IMG/VR virus record: IMGVR_UViG_2585427964_000002
DNA: 47,473 bases
Origin: a virus
Taxonomy: Duplodnaviria > Heunggongvirae > Uroviricota > Caudoviricetes
Direction: 5' to 3' (one strand)
This document shows, piece by piece, positions 16,478 through 27,998 of this stretch (position 1 is the stretch's first letter; the number at the start of each line of letters is the position of its first letter). The notes below the pieces were generated by a model that ran no database searches, was not told the origin of the DNA, and saw only the letters and a list, made by a program, of their open reading frames with translations. The position numbers and the translations under genes were made by a program.

Positions 16478-16785
16478 ATGACTCAAGACTATGAACTGGT
16501 TGTGAAAGGAGTCCGTAATTTTGAGAATAAAGTTACGGTAACTGTAGCCTTACAGGACAAAGAACGCTTTGACGGTGAAATTTTTGGCCTGGATGTCGCC
16601 ATGGACCGTGTTGAAGGAGCTGCGCTGGAGTTTTATGAGGCAGCAGCCAGAATGAGCGTCCGGCAAGTCTTCCTGGAAGTAGCAGAAAAATTGTCAGAAA
16701 AAGTTGAGTCTTATCTGCAGCATCAGTACTCCTTTAAGATTGAAAATCCTGCCAATAAGCACGAGCGTCCTCATCATAAATATCT

Positions 16786-16789
<4 letters not shown>
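16478..16789 (+). CDS. YdfR-like (DUF1327-type) protein between holin and endolysin
   Basis: 103-aa ORF, same length and position as recalled K-12 ydfR. Confidence 0.55.
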
Positions 16790-17813
<1,024 letters not shown>

Positions 17814-18175
17814 ATTAATATTAAATCGGATTATTTTTAGCGCTGAATGTGAAATTTAAATAAAAAGGACTCTTCCATGAGTCAAAATCCTTGAAATCTT
17901 AAGGGTAAGATAAAAGGTCATTAGACAGAATGACACGTTTTATTAATAAATAAAGCTATTGTTTCATTCGTGTGTTTTTCTTTACAAAAGTAATCCTTGC
18001 TATGGTTGGTTAATCATGCGTTAATGGTGTTCTGGTTTGTTACAAAATTATCTGAAGCAGTCATTGTTATAATTTTATTATTTGTACCTCTTGAGATTTC
18101 CTTGTTGGTTTTTCTCTCTGATATTTTTTTCGGACCATTCTGCCCAAGGGCTAACTTCTTCAAAAGGTAATAATG

Positions 18176-18388
18176 ATGTCTAACAAAATGACTGGTTTAG
18201 TGAAATGGTTTAACCCTGAAAAAGGTTTTGGTTTCATCACGCCGAAAGATGGTAGCAAAGATGTGTTTGTGCATTTCTCAGCTATTCAGAGCAACGATTT
18301 CAAAACGTTAACTGAGAATCAGGAAGTCGAATTTGGTATTGAGAACGGACCTAAAGGCCCTGCAGCTGTTCATGTAGTGGCACTTTGA
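18176..18388 (+). CDS. cspI: Cold-shock protein, CspA family
   Basis: [23 protein letters not shown]...[12 protein letters not shown]1/RNP2 cold-shock-domain motifs. Long AT-rich 5' UTR upstream. Symbol assigned by position (Rz-csp-ynfN-gnsB), moderate certainty. Confidence 0.8.
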   Translation: MSNKMTGLVKWFNPEKGFGFITPKDGSKDVFVHFSAIQSNDFKTLTENQEVEFGIENGPKGPAAVHVVAL

Positions 18389-18593
18389 GGTAGAAAATAT
18401 TACAAACCATATTCACTTTAGATGCCCGTGTTGCCATGGTTCTCAGTATAGAACATCATCTTTTGATGTTTCTGACAGAAATCCTTTCGGGGCAAAATGT
18501 ATCTTTTGTAAATCAATGATGATTACATTTGATAATATTTCACAATACTTAAATGTTAGCCATCTGTCGTTAGATTTAAGAAAGTGAAAATGA

Positions 18594-18616
18594 AGGCTCC
18601 TTCGGGAGCTTTTTTG
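18594..18616 (+). terminator. Hairpin plus T-run (possibly bidirectional terminator)
   Basis: GGCTCC-ttcg-GGAGC followed by TTTTTT, with an A-rich run upstream. Confidence 0.4.
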
Positions 18617-18662
18617 CTTAGTGTCTAGTCGATGGATACTCACATATTACGGTAACATTATG

Positions 18663-18890
18663 AAAAAAATAATAGTTTTTTTTAACTCTGAACCAGCAAT
18701 GGTAGTGCCAGTGATGACCGGAGTTAACACCATCATGCGTGAATATCCAAATGGCGAAACAACACACCTCACTGTAATGGCTGCAGGGTTTCCATCTCTG
18801 ACCGGAGATCATAAAGTCATTTATGTAGCAGCGGATCGACATGTAACTTCAGAAGAAATTCTGGAAGCAGCAATGAGACTCTTGAATTGA
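18663..18890 (+). CDS. YnfN-like small protein
   Basis: Internal Met start (MKKIIVFFNSEPAMVVPVMTG...) of the 89-aa track ORF; lies between csp and gnsB as in K-12 Qin (from memory). Confidence 0.45.
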   Translation, partial: KKIIVFFNSEPAMVVPVMTGVNTIMREYPNGETTHLTVMAAGFPSLTGDHKVIYVAADRHVTSEEILEAAMRLLN

Positions 18891-19062
18891 TTTGATTCTA
18901 ATACATTGATAATAAATGATAATCATCTTTATCTGTTTGTGTGAAATTTAGACCGTCGTATGTTGATTATTGCGATGTTTCATCTTATCTTTTATACGTT
19001 TGCTCCATATAATTGACACTACTGTGTACCAGGACAGTCATAACAGACTAAAAGAGGAAATG

Positions 19063-19236
19063 ATGAACATTGAAGAGTTAAAAACAAAAACAGAAGCAGA
19101 TATTTCTGAATATATAACAAAAAAAATCATTGAGCTTAAGAAAAAGACCGGGAAAGAAGTTACCAGTATCCAGTTTACTGCACGGGAAAAAATGACTGGT
19201 CTTGAAAGCTATGATATCAAGATTGATTTAATCTAG
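19063..19236 (+). CDS. gnsB: GnsB (Gns family) protein
   Basis: 57-codon ORF MNIEELKTKTEADISEYITKKIIELKKKTGKEVTSIQFTAREKMTGLESYDIKIDLI with AGAGGA Shine-Dalgarno; matches recalled Gns family. Confidence 0.75.
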   Translation: MNIEELKTKTEADISEYITKKIIELKKKTGKEVTSIQFTAREKMTGLESYDIKIDLI

Positions 19237-19301
19237 CATGTTTATAGTATTAGCATCAATTTCTCATCAGATGCTATTCAACAATACAAATTACCCATAA
19301 A

Positions 19302-19324
19302 CCTCGTTTTTACGGGGTTTTGTT
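19302..19324 (+). terminator. Intrinsic terminator downstream of gnsB
   Basis: CCTCG-ttttta-CGGGG hairpin followed by a T-run. Confidence 0.4.
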
Positions 19325-19365
19325 ATATTTAAACATTACCGAATAGATATAAATTGGATTTGCCC

Positions 19366-20271
19366 CTATATTTCCAGACATCTGTTATCACTTAACCCAT
19401 TACAAGCCCGCTGCCGCAGATATTCCCGTGGCGAGCGGTAACCCAGCGCACTATGCGGATGCCATTCGTTATAATGCTCGAACGCCTCTGCAAGGTTCTT
19501 TGCTGCCGTTAACCCGTCTGGTTTGGGCATGATACTGATGTAGTCACGCTTTATCGTTTTCACGAAGCTCTCTGCTATTCCGTTACTCTCCGGACTCCGC
19601 ACCGCCGTGTTCTTCGGTTCAAGTCCCAACATCCGGGCGAACTGGCGTGTTTCATTAGCCCGGTAGCATGAACCATTATCCGTCAGCCACTCCACTGGAG
19701 ACGACGGAAGATCGTTGCCGAAGCGGCGTTCCACCGCTCCCAGCATGACGTCCTGTACTGTTTCACTGTTGAAGCCGCCGGTAGTGACCGCCCAGTGCAG
19801 TGCCTCACGATCACAGCAGTCCAGCGCGAACGTGACACGCAGTCTCTCTCCGTTATCACAGCAGAACTCGAACCCGTCAGAGCACCATCGCTGATTGCTT
19901 TCTTTCACGGCCACTCTGCCTGTATGTGCCCGTTTCGATGGCGGTACAGCAGGTTTTCGCTCAAGCAACAGCGCATTCTGGCGCATGATCCGGTAAACAC
20001 GTTTGGCATTGATCGCAGGCATACCATCAAGTTCTGCCTGTCTGCGAAGCAGCGCCCATACCCGACGATAACCATACGTTGGCAGCTCTCCGATAACATG
20101 GTGTATACGGAGAAGCACATCCGTATCATCAGTGTGACGACTGCGGCGGCCATCCATCCAGTCATCGGTTCGTCTGAGAATGACGTGCAACTGCGCACGC
20201 GACACCCGGAGACAACGGCTGACTAAGCTTACTCCCCATCCCCGGGCAATAAGGGCGCGTGCGCTATCCAC
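19366..20271 (-). CDS. insD: IS2 transposase OrfB (InsD)
   Basis: 301-aa ORF with DDE transposase region, inside the IS2 boundaries. Confidence 0.9.
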
Positions 20272-20594
20272 TTTTTTGCCCGTCCATATTCAACGGCTTC
20301 TTTGAGGAGTTCATTTTCCATCGTTTTCTTGCCGAGCAGGCGCTGGAGTTCTTTAATCTGCTTCATGGCGGCAGCAAGTTCAGAGGCAGGAACAACCTGT
20401 TCTCCGGCGGCGACAGCAGTAAGACTTCCTTCCTGGTATTGCTTACGCCAGAGAAATAACTGGCTGGCTGCTACACCATGTTGCCGGGCAACGAGGGAGA
20501 CCGTCATCCCCGGTTCAAAGCTCTGCTGAACAATTGCGATCTTTTCCTGTGTGGTACGCCGTCTGCGTTTCTCCGGCCCTAAGACATCAATCAT
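20229..20594 (-). CDS. insC: IS2 OrfA (InsC), HTH protein
   Basis: 121-codon ORF starting [33 protein letters not shown]...; ATG at IS2 position 92 from the left end. Confidence 0.9.
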
Positions 20595-20867
20595 CTGTTC
20601 TCCAATGACTAGTCTAAAAACTAGTATTAAGACTATCACTTATTTAAGTGATATTGGTTGTCTGGAGATTCAGGGGGCCAGTCTATAAATCTCGATTGTC
20701 GATGGTATTGGTTGTGTGACAATACCTAGTCTTTCCGGTATGCCTGAAGAGAATACAAACGACAGATTATGTAAGGGAAACGCGCTGAAACTTTCACTCT
20801 TTCATGCTGAGTGATTTGACGTTATATTTTTAGCCGCAAGTGAAGAGCAAACGAATGGAGCGACAAA

Positions 20868-21074
20868 ATGCATAAAGATCAATACACTGATGCCCCCTCC
20901 CAGGAGCAGGTTCGTGTAAAAACTATGCTTAATAGCACCATTTCGATGGGTTACCCGGATGTTGTAATTGCATGTATAGAACATCAAGTATCTCTGGAAG
21001 CATTCAGGGCAATTGAGGCCGCGTTAGTAAAGCACGATAAGAATACGAAGGATTATTCCCTGGTGGTTGACTGA
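20868..21074 (+). CDS. Hypothetical small protein (ynfO/ydfO-position)
   Basis: 68-aa ORF with GGAG Shine-Dalgarno 8 nt upstream, just right of the IS2. Confidence 0.4.
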   Translation: MHKDQYTDAPSQEQVRVKTMLNSTISMGYPDVVIACIEHQVSLEAFRAIEAALVKHDKNTKDYSLVVD

Positions 21075-21424
21075 TCACCATAACTGCTAACCATTCTGAC
21101 CATTTCACAAGTGACAGAGTCAATATCGTATTCTGTCACTGTAAGGCTAATACAGTACTGCAATTCAACTACAGCAATGCCTCGTATTTAGGTGAATTTA
21201 CAATATCGTCCAGTTCGGATGCCGGCTGCATTTCTGAAGATAAGGCATTTCGGTTCGCGTATTTTCCCCTCATGCTCGTCAGTCCTGCGCGTAGTAAGAA
21301 ACAGGACACTCACACTAATTTGTGTGGGCATGCTGTGATGTCCTTCTGAATTATCCCCATGCCATTATGTAACGCTCTGTTTCAGATGCTCGTCACGGTT
21401 GTCAGGCTGTCGGGTCCTCCCAGT

Positions 21425-21480
21425 GGGGGTCCCTGCCACGGGGCGGGAGCGTCGCGGAAAAAGGCTAGTTTTTGAAATTT
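21425..21480 (+). other. Putative cos site (cosN/cosB-like)
   Basis: ACGGGGCGGGAGCGTCGCGGAAAAAGGCTAGTTTTTGAAATTTTATTCGTCATCACC resembles the lambda cos region (GGGCGGCGACCTCGCGG...TTTTC...TTCGTCATAAC, from memory), about 170 bp upstream of the small terminase gene. Confidence 0.4.
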
Positions 21481-21626
21481 TATTCGTCATCACCACTACT
21501 GTAATTGATTGATATTACAGTGGTTTTATTTTTATGGTGTCGATTCTGATTGTTTTTTGTTCATCACTAACACCGTTTGCCTAAAGTTGTTCGCAAGATG
21601 CATGTTTAAAACATTCTGGAGCGGGT

Positions 21627-22121
21627 ATGGATCGAGAGTTAAAAAATCTGACGCTGAATATCAGTCAACTGGCGGCATTGTCAGGTGTACATCGCCAGAC
21701 TGCTGCGGCAAGGCTGCAAAATCTACCCGTTGCAGGGGGGCATGAAAGCAACCTCAAGCTTTATCGGGTGGTTGATATTGTGTCGGCATTTCTGGCATTA
21801 CCACCGCCGGTTGCAGAAGGCGAAATGGACGCGCATGAGCGCAAAGCCTGGTATCAGTCTGAACGTGAGCGTCTTAAGTTCGAACAGGAAACGGCACAAC
21901 TCATTCCGGCCAGTGATGTCAGACGGGAGTTTGCCATCTGGGCAAAAGCGGTCGTGCAGGTGCTGGAGACATTACCGGATATTCTTGAACGTGACTGCGG
22001 TCTGCAGCCTGCCGCTGTGAGCCGTGTTCAGTCCATTATTGATGATCTGCGCGATCAGATAGCCCTGCGGGTGACTGAAGCAGGTGCGGATGATGAGGAG
22101 GAATTACAGCAGGAGGAGTAA
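21627..22121 (+). CDS. Terminase small subunit (Nu1-like)
   Basis: 164 aa with N-terminal HTH-like region and acidic C-terminus, directly upstream of and abutting the large terminase. Confidence 0.7.
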   Translation: MDRELKNLTLNISQLAALSGVHRQTAAARLQNLPVAGGHESNLKLYRVVDIVSAFLALPPPVAEGEMDAHERKAWYQSERERLKFEQETAQLIPASDVRREFAIWAKAVVQVLETLPDILERDCGLQPAAVSRVQSIIDDLRDQIALRVTEAGADDEEELQQEE

Positions 22122-24223
22122 TGCTGAATCAGGAAACCGCAAAGGCAGCACGAACCGATTCAGGTTATATCCTTCGCGCACCGAGACGAATGCGGGTTGC
22201 TGATGCCGTTGCTCAGTATATGCGGGTGCCTATGGGGGCAGGGAACTCAGTCCCGTGGGATCCGCTGGTGGCACCGTATGTTATTGAGCCTATGAACTGC
22301 CTGGCCTCGCGTGAATACGACGCAGTGATATTTGTTGGCCCGGCACGAACCGGCAAGACTATCGGCCTGATTGACGGCTGGGTGATTTACAACGTGATTT
22401 GCGATCCTGCTGATATGCTGATCATTCAGATGACGGAGGAAAAAGCCCGCGAACACTCCAAAAAACGACTCGCCAGAACGTTTCGCGTCAGCCCGGAAGT
22501 GGTCAGTCGCCTGAGTCCGAACAAAAATGACAACAACGTTTATGACAGAACATTCCTTGCTGGCAACTACCTGAAAATCGGCTGGCCGTCAGTCAATATC
22601 ATGTCTTCATCAGATTATAAATGCGTGGCGCTGACGGATTATGACCGTTTTCCGGAAGATATTGATGGTGAGGGGGATGCCTTCTCTCTTGCCTCAAAAC
22701 GTACCACCACATTTATGTCCAGTGGTATGACGCTGGTGGAGAGTTCCCCCGGCAGGGATGTGAAGGATGTGAAATGGCGACGGACTTCACCGCATGAGGC
22801 TCCACCAACCACGGGGATCCTGTCGCTCTATAACCGTGGCGATCGCCGTCGCTGGTACTGGCCCTGTCCACACTGTGGTGAGTATTTTCAGCCCTGCGGC
22901 GATGTGGTTGCTGGTTTCCGTGATATTGCCGATCCTGTGCTGGCAAGTGAGGCGGCTTATATTCAGTGTCCTTCCTGTTCAGGACGGATTTTGCCTGAAC
23001 AAAAACGCGAGCTGAACGGACGTGGGGTCTGGTTACGGGATGGTGAATCCATCAATGCAGATGGCAGTCGTTATGGTGATCCCCGGCGTTCACGTATTGC
23101 GTCATTCTGGATGGAGGGTCCGGCAGCTGCTTATCAGACACTCTCGCAACTCGTTTACAAACTGCTTACTGCAGAACAGGAATACGAGACAACCGGAAGT
23201 GAAGAGACACTCAAGACGGTTATCAATACCGACTGGGGATTACCTTATCTTCCCCGCGCCAGCATGGAGCAACGAAAAAGTGAATTGCTTGAGCAGCGGG
23301 CAGAGCCAGTTCCTTCCCGCAGTGTGCCGGATGGCGTTAATTTCCTTGTGGCGACAGTGGATGTGCAGGCGGGACGTCATCGCCGTTTTGTGGTTCAGGT
23401 AACGGGCTATGGCAGCCGTGGCGAACGCTGGATTATTGATCGTTACAACATCACGCAGTCATTGCGCGGTGACAGCGACGGGGAGAGCCAGCGAATTGAT
23501 CCGGCCAGCTATCCGGAAGACTGGGATGTCCTGCTGACGGATGTTTTTCATAAAAGCTGGCCGCTGGCCTCCGATCCTTCTCAACAAATGCGACTGATGG
23601 CAATGGCGGTGGACTCCGGCGGTGAAGACGGGGTCACTGATAATGCCTATAAATTCTGGCGTCGTTGCCGTCGTGATGGCCTTGGTAAACGTATTTACCT
23701 GTTTAAGGGTGACAGCATCCTGCGCGCAAAACTGATCAGCCGTACATTCCCTGATAACACCGGACGAACGGGCCGCCGGGCGCAGGCCGCAGGTGATGTG
23801 CCGCTCTGGCTTCTTCAGACGGATGCCCTGAAAGACCGGGTGAATAACGCGTTATGGCGTGACTCGCCAGGTCCCGGCTATGTGCATTTCCCTGACTGGC
23901 TGGGGAGCTGGTTTTACGACGAACTGACGTATGAAGAGCGGAGCAGTGACGGGAAATGGAGTAAGCCGGGTCGCGGTGCCAACGAAGCTTTTGACCTGAT
24001 GGTGTATGCCGAGGCTCTGGTCATTCTGCATGGATACGAAAAGATCCGCTGGCCGGATGCACCGGAGTGGGCGAGCCGGGAAACCTGGCTGGAGTGTGTC
24101 CCGGACAGTACCGAACCGTCACCCACACCGGAACCGGTATCCACGCCTGTTAAAAAACAAAAACGGAAGAAAACAGTAACTGACGATGTTAACCCCTGGC
24201 TGACTTCCGGAGGATGGTTATGA
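22121..24223 (+). CDS. Terminase large subunit (lambda gpA family)
   Basis: 700 aa with Walker A-like GPARTGKT and CPHCGEYFQPCGD motif paralleling lambda gpA CPHCGEE... Confidence 0.9.
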   Translation: MLNQETAKAARTDSGYILRAPRRMRVADAVAQYMRVPMGAGNSVPWDPLVAPYVIEPMNCLASREYDAVIFVGPARTGKTIGLIDGWVIYNVICDPADMLIIQMTEEKAREHSKKRLARTFRVSPEVVSRLSPNKNDNNVYDRTFLAGNYLKIGWPSVNIMSSSDYKCVALTDYDRFPEDIDGEGDAFSLASKRTTTFMSSGMTLVESSPGRDVKDVKWRRTSPHEAPPTTGILSLYNRGDRRRWYWPCPHCGEYFQPCGDVVAGFRDIADPVLASEAAYIQCPSCSGRILPEQKRELNGRGVWLRDGESINADGSRYGDPRRSRIASFWMEGPAAAYQTLSQLVYKLLTAEQEYETTGSEETLKTVINTDWGLPYLPRASMEQRKSELLEQRAEPVPSRSVPDGVNFLVATVDVQAGRHRRFVVQVTGYGSRGERWIIDRYNITQSLRGDSDGESQRIDPASYPEDWDVLLTDVFHKSWPLASDPSQQMRLMAMAVDSGGEDGVTDNAYKFWRRCRRDGLGKRIYLFKGDSILRAKLISRTFPDNTGRTGRRAQAAGDVPLWLLQTDALKDRVNNALWRDSPGPGYVHFPDWLGSWFYDELTYEERSSDGKWSKPGRGANEAFDLMVYAEALVILHGYEKIRWPDAPEWASRETWLECVPDSTEPSPTPEPVSTPVKKQKRKKTVTDDVNPWLTSGGWL

Positions 24224-24432
24224 ACCAGAATGATATCGAAGCCATGATTCAGCGTTATACGGAAGCTGAAATGGCGGTGCTGGACGGAAAATCCGTCACC
24301 TTTAATGGTCAGCAGATGACCATGGAAAACTTATCTGAGATCCGGCAGGGACGGCAGGAGTGGGAGCGCCGCCTTGCGGCTCTGATTACACGACGACGGG
24401 GGCATCCCGGGTACCGGCTGGCGAGGTTCTGA
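24220..24432 (+). CDS. Head-tail joining protein W-like
   Basis: About 70 aa between terminase and portal, ending ...RRRGHPGYRLARF (lambda gpW ends ...RRRGPAGFYV, from memory). ATG at 24220 has better Shine-Dalgarno spacing than 24214. Confidence 0.65.
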   Translation: MNQNDIEAMIQRYTEAEMAVLDGKSVTFNGQQMTMENLSEIRQGRQEWERRLAALITRRRGHPGYRLARF

Positions 24433-25940
24433 TGGCAATTCTTGATGATGTGATTGGCGTTTTTTCACCAGGATGGAAAGCGGCAAGGCTGCGTTCCCGT
24501 GCGGTGATCCAGGCTTATGAGGCCGTAAAAACGACACGGACACACAAAGCCCGGCGGGAAAACCGAACTGCCGACCAGTTAAGCCAGTACGGGGCCGTGT
24601 CGTTACGTGAGCAGGCCCGTTACCTTGATAACAACCACGATCTGGTTATTGGTGTATTTGACAAGCTGGAAGAACGGGTGGTGGGGAAAAACGGGATTAT
24701 TGTCGAGCCACATCCGGTATTACGCAATGGGGCCATTGCCCGTGATCTGGCAGCGGAGATACGCACCCGATGGAGTGAATGGTCTGTCAGTCCGGAAGTC
24801 ACCGGGCAGTTTACCCGTCCGATGCTGGAACGTCTGATGCTGCGTACCTGGCTGCGCGATGGTGAGGTGTTTGCCCAGATGGTTTCCGGGCGCATAAACA
24901 GCCTGACGCCTTCTGCCGGTGTTCATTTCTGGCTGGAGGCGCTCGAGCCGGACTTTATTCCCATGACCAGTGATGAGAGCAACAGGCTGAATCAGGGCGT
25001 GTTTGTTGATGACTGGGGGCGTCCCGAAAAATATCTGGTGTATAAAAGCCGTCCCGTATCCGGGCGGCAGATGGAAACCAAAGAAGTGGATGCAGAGCGA
25101 ATGCTGCATCTTAAATTTGTTCGCCGTCTGCACCAGATGCGCGGGACGTCTTTGTTGTCCGGTGTGCTGATCCGCCTCAGTGCCCTGAAAGAGTATGAAG
25201 ATTCTGAGCTGACTGCAGCAAGGATCGCCGCTGCTCTGGGGATGTACATCCGGAAAGGCGACGGGCAGAGCTATGAACCGGATGGTAATGGCAGCAAGGA
25301 GAATGAACGCGAGCTTACCATTCAGCCAGGCATTATTTACGACGATCTGAAACCCGGCGAAGAAATCGGAATGGTGAAGTCGGATCGTCCCAATCCTAAC
25401 CTTGAAACTTTTCGTAATGGTCAGTTGCGTGCCGTGGCGGCGGGCAGTCGTCTGAGTTTTTCCAGTACGGCACGCAACTATAACGGCACTTACAGCGCCC
25501 AGCGTCAGGAGCTGGTTGAATCCACTGATGGCTACCTGATCCTGCAGGACTGGTTTATTGGTGCCGTCACCCGCCCGATGTATCGTGCCTGGCTGAAACA
25601 GGCTGTGGCATCCGGTGTTATCAGGCTACCCCGCGATCTTGATCGTTCTTCACTGTATACCGCGGTGTATTCCGGACCGGTGATGCCGTGGATTGACCCT
25701 GTTAAGGAGGCTGAGGCCTGGAAAATTCAGATTCGTGGTGGAGCGGCGACAGAATCAGACTGGGTACGTGCAGGTGGTCGTAATCCGGATGATGTCAAAC
25801 GTCGGCGCAAGGCCGAAATTGATGAAAACCGCAAGCTGGATCTGGTATTTGATACCGATCCGGCCAGTGATAAAGGAGGCAGCAGTGCCGCAACGAAACG
25901 ACAGGAGCCGCAGCACACCGACGACCAGTCCGAAGAATAA
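24432..25940 (+). CDS. Portal protein (lambda gpB-like)
   Basis: About 500 aa following W, start overlapping the W stop; size and order typical of lambda-like portals. Confidence 0.85.
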   Translation: MAILDDVIGVFSPGWKAARLRSRAVIQAYEAVKTTRTHKARRENRTADQLSQYGAVSLREQARYLDNNHDLVIGVFDKLEERVVGKNGIIVEPHPVLRNGAIARDLAAEIRTRWSEWSVSPEVTGQFTRPMLERLMLRTWLRDGEVFAQMVSGRINSLTPSAGVHFWLEALEPDFIPMTSDESNRLNQGVFVDDWGRPEKYLVYKSRPVSGRQMETKEVDAERMLHLKFVRRLHQMRGTSLLSGVLIRLSALKEYEDSELTAARIAAALGMYIRKGDGQSYEPDGNGSKENERELTIQPGIIYDDLKPGEEIGMVKSDRPNPNLETFRNGQLRAVAAGSRLSFSSTARNYNGTYSAQRQELVESTDGYLILQDWFIGAVTRPMYRAWLKQAVASGVIRLPRDLDRSSLYTAVYSGPVMPWIDPVKEAEAWKIQIRGGAATESDWVRAGGRNPDDVKRRRKAEIDENRKLDLVFDTDPASDKGGSSAATKRQEPQHTDDQSEE

Positions 25941-25953
25941 TTCCTGGTTCAGG

Positions 25954-27912
25954 ATGCAGGCAGGTCACCAGAGTGACGCGGATATTTATATTTATGACGA
26001 GATTGGTTTCTGGGGTGTTACAGCGAAGCAGTTTATCAGTGATCTGAATGCACTGGGCGATATCACCCACATTAATCTCCATATTAATTCACCGGGTGGC
26101 GATGTCTTTGAAGGCATCGCCATTTTTAATGCACTGAAAACACATGGTGCGTCCATTACCGTTTATGTCGACGGTGTGGCGGCGTCAATGGCGTCGGTCA
26201 TTGCGATGGTGGGAAACCCGGTCATTATGCCGGAAAACTCCTTCATGATGATTCATAAACCATTTGGCTTTACGGGCGGTGATGCGGAGGACATGCGCAC
26301 CTATGCCGACCTGCTCGATAAAGTTGAGGCGGTTCTGTTACCCGCTTATGCACAGAAAACCGGGAAAACCACCGATGAAATTGCTGCCATGCTGGCGGAT
26401 GAGACCTGGATGTCCGGTGCCGAATGTCTGGCACAGGGATTTGCTGATCAGGTGACACCAGCCGTTAAGGCAATGGCATGTATTCAGTCAAAACGTACAG
26501 AGGAATTTAAAAAGATGCCGGAATCCATTCGAAACATGATTACTCCGCCACGCAACAGTGCTCCACGCGTACAGGATGATGAACCTGCAGCCTCCCGGAC
26601 GCCAGTGCAGGCAGCAGCACCCGTGGTGGATGAAAACAGTATCCGTGCGCAGGTACTGGCAGAGCAAAAAGCGCGTGTAAACGGTATTAATGATCTGTTT
26701 GCCATGTTTGGCGGGCGTTATCAGACGCTGCAGGCCCAGTGTCTTGCCGATCCTGAATGTTCGCTGGAGCAGGCCCGTGAAAAGCTGTTGAACGAGATGG
26801 GGCGCGAGTCCACGCCATCCAATAAAAATACCCCGGCTCATATTTATGCCGGTAACGGTAATTTTGTGGGGGACGGGATTCGCCAGGCGCTGATGGCGCG
26901 TGCCGGATTTGAAAAAACCGAACGTGATAATGTCTACAACGGGATGACCCTGCGTGAATATGCCCGTATGTCACTAACTGAACGGGGTATTGGGGTTTCC
27001 GGTTATAACCCGATGCAGATGGTCGGTGCGGCGTTCACACACAGTACGTCTGACTTCGGTAATATTCTGCTGGATGTTGCGAACAAAGCCATTCTGCAGG
27101 GCTGGGAAGATGCCCCTGAAACCTATGAACAGTGGACGCGGAAAGGTCAGTTGTCTGATTTTAAAATTGCCCATCGTGTGGGTATGGGGGGCTTCAGTGC
27201 TCTACGTCAGGTGCGTGAAGGGGCGGAATATAAATACGTCACCACCGGAGATAAACAGGCCACTATTGCACTGGCGACCTATGGCGAGCTGTTCAGTATC
27301 ACCCGTCAGGCCATTATCAATGATGATCTGAATATGCTGACCGATGTCCCGATGAAACTGGGCCGTGCGGCGAAATCCACTATTGCCGATCTGGTTTATG
27401 CCATTCTGACGTCTAACCCGAAAATCTCCACAGATAATGTAAGTCTGTTCGATAAAGCGAAACATGCAAACGTACTGGAGAGCGCTGCAATGGACGTGGC
27501 ATCGCTGGATAAAGCCCGCCAGTTGATGCGCGTTCAGAAAGAGGGGGAGCGTCATCTGAATATTCGTCCTGCGTTCGTACTGGTACCGACGGCGATGGAG
27601 TCTGTTGCTAACCAGGTCATTCGCTCCTCAAGTGTCAAGGGGGCTGACATTAACGCCGGTATTATTAACCCGGTGAAAGATTTTGCGACCGTTATTGCAG
27701 AGCCTCGTCTTGATGATAACAGCCAGACCACCTTCTACCTGGCTGCGTCAAAAGGCTCCGATACGATTGAAGTGGCTTATCTCAACGGTGTGGATACGCC
27801 ATATATTGATCAGATGGAGGGCTTCAGTGTGGATGGCGTGACAACGAAAGTGCGTATTGACGCCGGTGTCGCGCCAGTTGATCACCGCGGTCTGGTGAAA
27901 TGTACGGCGTAA
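25954..27912 (+). CDS. Prohead protease (ClpP/S14-like) fused to major capsid protein
   Basis: N-terminal ClpP-like region (...HINSPGGDVFEGIAIFNAL...GVAASMASVIAM...MIHKP) and C-terminal 400 or so aa major-capsid-like region. Start taken at ATG 25954 after the portal stop. Confidence 0.8.
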   Translation: MQAGHQSDADIYIYDEIGFWGVTAKQFISDLNALGDITHINLHINSPGGDVFEGIAIFNALKTHGASITVYVDGVAASMASVIAMVGNPVIMPENSFMMIHKPFGFTGGDAEDMRTYADLLDKVEAVLLPAYAQKTGKTTDEIAAMLADETWMSGAECLAQGFADQVTPAVKAMACIQSKRTEEFKKMPESIRNMITPPRNSAPRVQDDEPAASRTPVQAAAPVVDENSIRAQVLAEQKARVNGINDLFAMFGGRYQTLQAQCLADPECSLEQAREKLLNEMGRESTPSNKNTPAHIYAGNGNFVGDGIRQALMARAGFEKTERDNVYNGMTLREYARMSLTERGIGVSGYNPMQMVGAAFTHSTSDFGNILLDVANKAILQGWEDAPETYEQWTRKGQLSDFKIAHRVGMGGFSALRQVREGAEYKYVTTGDKQATIALATYGELFSITRQAIINDDLNMLTDVPMKLGRAAKSTIADLVYAILTSNPKISTDNVSLFDKAKHANVLESAAMDVASLDKARQLMRVQKEGERHLNIRPAFVLVPTAMESVANQVIRSSSVKGADINAGIINPVKDFATVIAEPRLDDNSQTTFYLAASKGSDTIEVAYLNGVDTPYIDQMEGFSVDGVTTKVRIDAGVAPVDHRGLVKCTA

Positions 27913-27932
27913 ACGTCGCAGACAACAACTCT

Positions 27933-27953
27933 GATGGCCCGTAAGGGCTTTTT
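27933..27953 (+). terminator. Intrinsic terminator/attenuator downstream of the capsid gene
   Basis: GGCCC-gtaa-GGGC hairpin followed by TTTTTTT. Confidence 0.5.
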
Positions 27954-27998
27954 TTGTACCTGAAATCAGCCCCTGAACGGGGCTGTGCGGAGACAGTT

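Larger units (their letters stand above)
19355..20685 (-). mobile_element. IS2: IS2 insertion sequence, complete, with 5-bp target duplication TAAAT
   Basis: 1331 bp. Termini TGGATTTGCCCCTATATTTCCAGACA (right) and GGAGATTCAGGGGGCCAGTCTA (left, as reverse complement of TAGACTGGCCCCCTGAATCTCC). Identical TAAAT at 19350-19354 and 20686-20690. Contains insC and insD. Confidence 0.9.
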
